Virus record (IMG/VR): IMGVR_UViG_3300036792_000158
Location: 1 to 57,504 of that record
Direction: 5' to 3' (one strand)
DNA length: 57,504 nt
From: a virus
Lineage: Duplodnaviria; Caudoviricetes
Shown here: positions 54,452 to 57,504 of the stretch, piece after piece
How the letters are laid out: the number at the start of each line of letters is the position of its first letter
Numbering within the stretch: position 1 is the stretch's first letter
The notes under the pieces: model-generated
Databases searched by the model: none
Seen by the model: the letters and a program-made list of their open reading frames with translations, nothing else
What the model was told of the DNA's origin: nothing
Position numbers and translations under genes: made by a program

Positions 54452-54729
54452 TCACCACCCGAATCGCCACGCCGGCCAGTCGTCGCAGTCGTCGCCGGAG
54501 TCGTTATTCAGGACGAAGCGCTCGATCTCGCGAATTGTCTGCAATGGCGTCCCTTCGGGCGCTTGCGTGTCGATCAGCTGCAGCGGCGCCTCGTCATCAA
54601 CGACGACGCGCACAACGCGCATCGCGCCGCCGTCATCGCGCTAGACGTTGACGTAGAGCGGGACACGGCACTCGACGACGGCTTCGGATGGGACTTGGTA
54701 GGGCGATGCAGCTTCGGATGGGACTTCAT
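54452..54729 (-). pseudogene. Disrupted small gene (frameshift plus in-frame TAG)
   Basis: RBS and ATG 54729 out of frame with a protein-like frame that is interrupted by TAG at 54641-54643. Confidence 0.5.
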
Positions 54730-55148
54730 GCTGCAATCTCCTTGATGCGCGTCTCGCCCTCGCACGCGCCCTCGCAAACGGCGTGGTCGAACACGTTCTG
54801 CAGAACCCATTGCTGCTGCTCCACGTCCCATTCTGCCCACGCGTCGCGCAGCACGTCGTCGCTCCCGCACGTCGCGCAGACCATCTTGATTCGCGCGCGG
54901 GGCTCGGGCGCGCCGAAGCCGAAGAACGCCCGCGGCGGCTCGGCGAGAAGCGCACGATCCATCAGCGCCGTTCGGAAATTCGGCCCGTCGGCGAAGCACG
55001 CGTCCAGATGATTGCTGACGATCGCCGCGAGCGCGGCGCGGGTCGCCGGCGGGTGCGCTTCGAGCCGGTCGAGCACGAGCGCGGGGTTTTTGTCCGTCCA
55101 CATATCCGCCAGAACGCGGGCCTGGCGGGCGAGCATGTCACGATCCAT
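54726..55148 (-). CDS. Hypothetical protein with Zn ribbon
   Basis: CATCGSDDV.RDAWAEWD..W..C...C; CAGGAGA RBS. Confidence 0.78.
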   Translation of the reverse strand: MDRDMLARQARVLADMWTDKNPALVLDRLEAHPPATRAALAAIVSNHLDACFADGPNFRTALMDRALLAEPPRAFFGFGAPEPRARIKMVCATCGSDDVLRDAWAEWDVEQQQWVLQNVFDHAVCEGACEGETRIKEIAA

Positions 55149-55169
55149 TTTCGGTCTCCTGCTGTTGAG

Positions 55170-55187
55170 CGGGCGATCCAGCGCCCG
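55170..55187 (-). promoter_or_regulatory. CUGGA-loop hairpin upstream of RBS
   Basis: Minus strand CGGGCG-CTGGAT-CGCCCG ... CAGGAGA. Confidence 0.75.
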
Positions 55188-55238
55188 AGTGCTGGCGCAC
55201 TGTGACGCGGCCGGGCTCGCCGGCCGCGCTGCACTACG

Positions 55239-56396
55239 TCAGCTGTTGATGTTGATGATCTCGCCGAACGGCGCGCTGCCGCGCTGCGTCGCGCACCACA
55301 AGACGGGATAGGGCGGCGGCGGGCCGAAGTCGGCGCATTCAAGATCGGTGAAGTAGATCAGGCAGTCGGGGTCGAGCCCCTTGTCCCTGACCCATTCGAA
55401 CACGGGCGAGAACATCGTGCCGCCGCGGCCGGCCATCGTCATCGCCCGGATCGGATAATCGTCGGGCTCAAACGCCGTCGTCGCGCTGATCGCTGTATCG
55501 CACTCGACGACGTGCACCACGTCGGGCTGGACATCGTTCGCGATCGTGTTCAGCTCGGCGAGCGCCTGCGCCAGCGCTTTCGCGTCCATGCTCTGCGACG
55601 TGTCGATGGCGAACACGATCGTTTCGATCTTTTCGGAGTACAGCGAGGGCAGATAGAGCCCCTGCGCGATGTAGCGTCGATTGGGCGGGAGCCAGCTGTA
55701 ATCCTGCTGGGCGCGCGACGTGACGAAGCGCTTAAGCGCCTCGCGCCAGTCGACGCGGGCGCCGCGCATCGCTTCGATCATTTCGGCGACACTGCCCGGA
55801 AGATCGCCCGCCCGCTTTGCGAGCGCCGCGGCCTGCAGCGTCGCAGCTTGCCACTCGCGCGCAAGCTGTTGCACTTCGGCCGCCGGCGCCGGCTTCTGCG
55901 GGTCTTTCGCGTCGGCCGGCCGGGTGAACACGCCGCACCCGCCGACATTGCCGACTTCGGCCCCCTTGCCGCCGCCGCCGCCGCTCTTGCGACGGGGCAG
56001 CTTCGGGTAAATCTCCTCGGCGGCCATGCCGTCGTATTGCGGGTCGACGAGCCCGTCAGGCGGTAGTTCGAGCCCGGCTTTCAACACAAGCGGGTTGATC
56101 GCGTAATCGGCCGCCTCGTTGAACGTCTCATGGTCGCGGCTGCCGATCCGCATCGGGTGCCCCGCGGCGCAGTGCATGACTTCGTGCGCGACCAGGCCGA
56201 CGCGCTGCGCGTGCGTCAGCGCCATCACGAAATCGGCGTTGTAGCGGAGCGCGCGGCCGTCAACGCTGGCGGTCTCCGTCGCGGCATCTTCGAGCATGTG
56301 CAGTCGAAGCGCGAGAGTGCCGAAGAACGGCTGCGCCAGCACCAGCGAGGCGCGCGCCTTGAGCATTGCCCGCTGGGCGGGCGTCATCGTCGACAT
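55239..56396 (-). CDS. HEXXH metallopeptidase plus VWA (DUF2201-like)
   Basis: AHEVMH, NEAADYAIN, DTSQS MIDAS, GRGGT.F, YFTD. Confidence 0.88.
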   Translation of the reverse strand: MSTMTPAQRAMLKARASLVLAQPFFGTLALRLHMLEDAATETASVDGRALRYNADFVMALTHAQRVGLVAHEVMHCAAGHPMRIGSRDHETFNEAADYAINPLVLKAGLELPPDGLVDPQYDGMAAEEIYPKLPRRKSGGGGGKGAEVGNVGGCGVFTRPADAKDPQKPAPAAEVQQLAREWQAATLQAAALAKRAGDLPGSVAEMIEAMRGARVDWREALKRFVTSRAQQDYSWLPPNRRYIAQGLYLPSLYSEKIETIVFAIDTSQSMDAKALAQALAELNTIANDVQPDVVHVVECDTAISATTAFEPDDYPIRAMTMAGRGGTMFSPVFEWVRDKGLDPDCLIYFTDLECADFGPPPPYPVLWCATQRGSAPFGEIININS

Positions 56397-56426
56397 GGGT
56401 AAATCTCCTGTTTCAGAAAAGAGGAA

Positions 56427-56448
56427 GGGCGGCGTTCCAGCGCCGCCC
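56427..56448 (-). promoter_or_regulatory. CUGGA-loop hairpin with pyrimidine tract
   Basis: Minus strand GGGCGGCG-CTGGAA-CGCCGCCC-TTCCTCTTTT..AAACAGGAGA. Confidence 0.78.
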
Positions 56449-56453
56449 CGTGA

Positions 56454-57326
56454 TCACGCCATCGCGTTCTTAATCTCGGCCAGGATCGCTTCGGCGTTCT
56501 GCGCCACTTCCTTGCGCACCGTCGCGTTCTCGCGCAGCACCGTCGCGTCGATCTGGCAGAGTTCATCGTTGAGCCGGTGCCGCATATCCTCGAGCATGTT
56601 GTTGCCCGTGATGTTGAGTTTCGGCAGCAGCTCGACGAGTTCCCGAATGTTCGTGACGAGCGAGTCGCGGAAGGCGTTTTTGACCTTCCCGTTCGAGTCG
56701 ACGGAGTAGTTTTTGAGCCGCTCCACCATCCGCTCGACCGCTTCGAACATCCGCTCCCAAACGTGTTGCATCGCGCCCTCGACGGCCTCGTCAAGCCGCC
56801 CCTGTATCTGTTCGCGGATGCGGGCGTTCTCGGCATCGGACAGCGACACGCGGAAGTCCTCGGCCTCTGGCATCGGGGCGATCTCAACGGTCATCGCGAA
56901 CATGCCCGCGATGTCGCTCGCGGCGGGGTAATCTTCCGGCCTGAACAACCCGTTGAGCGATCGTTTCGCCTCGTCCACATACGCGGGATATTCGCGCGCG
57001 AAGCCGGCGACCGCCTGTTCGAACAGCGCCTTTAAATCGTTCTGCTGTTGCATGTAGTCGAAATAATTGGCCGCGGGCAGGATCCGCGCGCCGTCGTCGA
57101 GCCACGGCAACGTGTTCTCGTAATGATGATGACGGGCGCGCGTCGCGATCTGCGCGATTTCTTCGAGTCGTTCCTTCGCAATCAGGCGCTTTGAATAGCG
57201 CCCCATCGTCGGGTCGGCGCCGTGTTTCTTCGCCACTTCCTCGGTGATGTTCTTGTCGTGCTTCGAGGCAGACCAGCGCGAGATTTTGAGGCTCGCCAGC
57301 ATTGCTTTATCGGTGACTACGCTCAT
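56454..57326 (-). CDS. DUF3150-like helical protein
   Basis: LKISRWSA..K.L..TLPW..GARILP..DYP; lies between the AAA and VWA genes. Confidence 0.7.
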   Translation of the reverse strand: MSVVTDKAMLASLKISRWSASKHDKNITEEVAKKHGADPTMGRYSKRLIAKERLEEIAQIATRARHHHYENTLPWLDDGARILPAANYFDYMQQQNDLKALFEQAVAGFAREYPAYVDEAKRSLNGLFRPEDYPAASDIAGMFAMTVEIAPMPEAEDFRVSLSDAENARIREQIQGRLDEAVEGAMQHVWERMFEAVERMVERLKNYSVDSNGKVKNAFRDSLVTNIRELVELLPKLNITGNNMLEDMRHRLNDELCQIDATVLRENATVRKEVAQNAEAILAEIKNAMA

Positions 57327-57358
57327 TCGATTTCTCCCGTTTGAAGATGGAAAAGAGG

Positions 57359-57383
57359 GCGGGCGGGGTTCCAGCCCGCCCGC
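57359..57383 (-). promoter_or_regulatory. CUGGA-loop hairpin with pyrimidine tract
   Basis: Minus strand GCGGGCGGG-CTGGAAC-CCCGCCCGC-CCTCTTTT..AAACGGGAGA. Confidence 0.78.
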
Positions 57384-57504
57384 GCCCGATCAGCCCATCA
57401 AGTCCGCGTTGTCGGCGGCGAAACGCTGAAACGCTTTGGTGTGCGTGACCATCTGATCGCGCGCCGCCGCGTCTTTGACGCAATAAAACGCGTACTCTTT
57501 CGGC
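57366..57504. repeat. Terminal direct repeat, copy 2
   Basis: Duplicate of 1-139. Confidence 0.95.

Larger units (their letters stand above)
1..57365. mobile_element. Complete temperate lambda-like phage genome, circular/excised form
   Basis: Head, tail, lysis, packaging, replication and integration modules present; intact attP; end overlap; no host flanks. Confidence 0.93.

Noticed and set aside
54641-54643. Genome-wide TAG recoding
   Set aside because: A single case; TAG is used as a normal stop elsewhere (e.g. 13873, 45519) and no suppressor tRNA is present.
1029-57383. CUGGA hairpins as CRISPR repeats or integron attC sites
   Set aside because: The stems differ in sequence, the spacing is gene-sized, there are no RYYYAAC/GTTRRRY ends, and no cas or IntI-type gene is present.

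Overview
The window is a complete, circularly assembled genome of a temperate, lambda-like (cos/gpA-type) tailed phage of about 57,365 bp unique length; bases 1-139 repeat at 57366-57504. It is GC-rich. The host is most likely an Alphaproteobacterium, inferred from a GcrA homologue, a GapR-like protein and an attP core matching an alphaproteobacterial tRNA-Phe 3' end. Modules: (1) Cro/CI-like switch at 13.1-13.9 kb. (2) Leftward replication/regulation operon (GapR-like, HNH, ParB-like, RuvC-like, primase, GcrA, MT-A70 methylase, RepA-type helicase) running into cos and terminase small subunit. (3) Rightward xis-int-attP followed by recombination/accessory genes (HIRAN, permuted papain-like, RecT, ASCH, HerA-like). 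(4) Minus-strand head-tail-lysis operon at 47.9-25.5 kb. (5) A divergently transcribed terL / gpW-fusion / ParB-Srx / ABC-GNAT cassette. (6) A ~6.7 kb accessory operon crossing the contig join (1.75 kb -> 25 / 57.3 kb -> 52.4 kb). The strongest candidate for an undescribed system is module 6. It encodes an AAA+ ATPase, a DUF3150-like protein, an HEXXH metallopeptidase-VWA, small ORFs, an Aca-like HTH and an ASCH protein. Six of its intergenic gaps carry a hairpin with a variable, covarying stem and a fixed CUGGA(A/C/U) loop just upstream of an ACAGGAGA-type RBS, with a seventh expanded variant. A dispersed 17-bp operator family links this operon, the switch, xis-int and the displaced terL. All product calls are from motif recognition by eye; no database searches were run.
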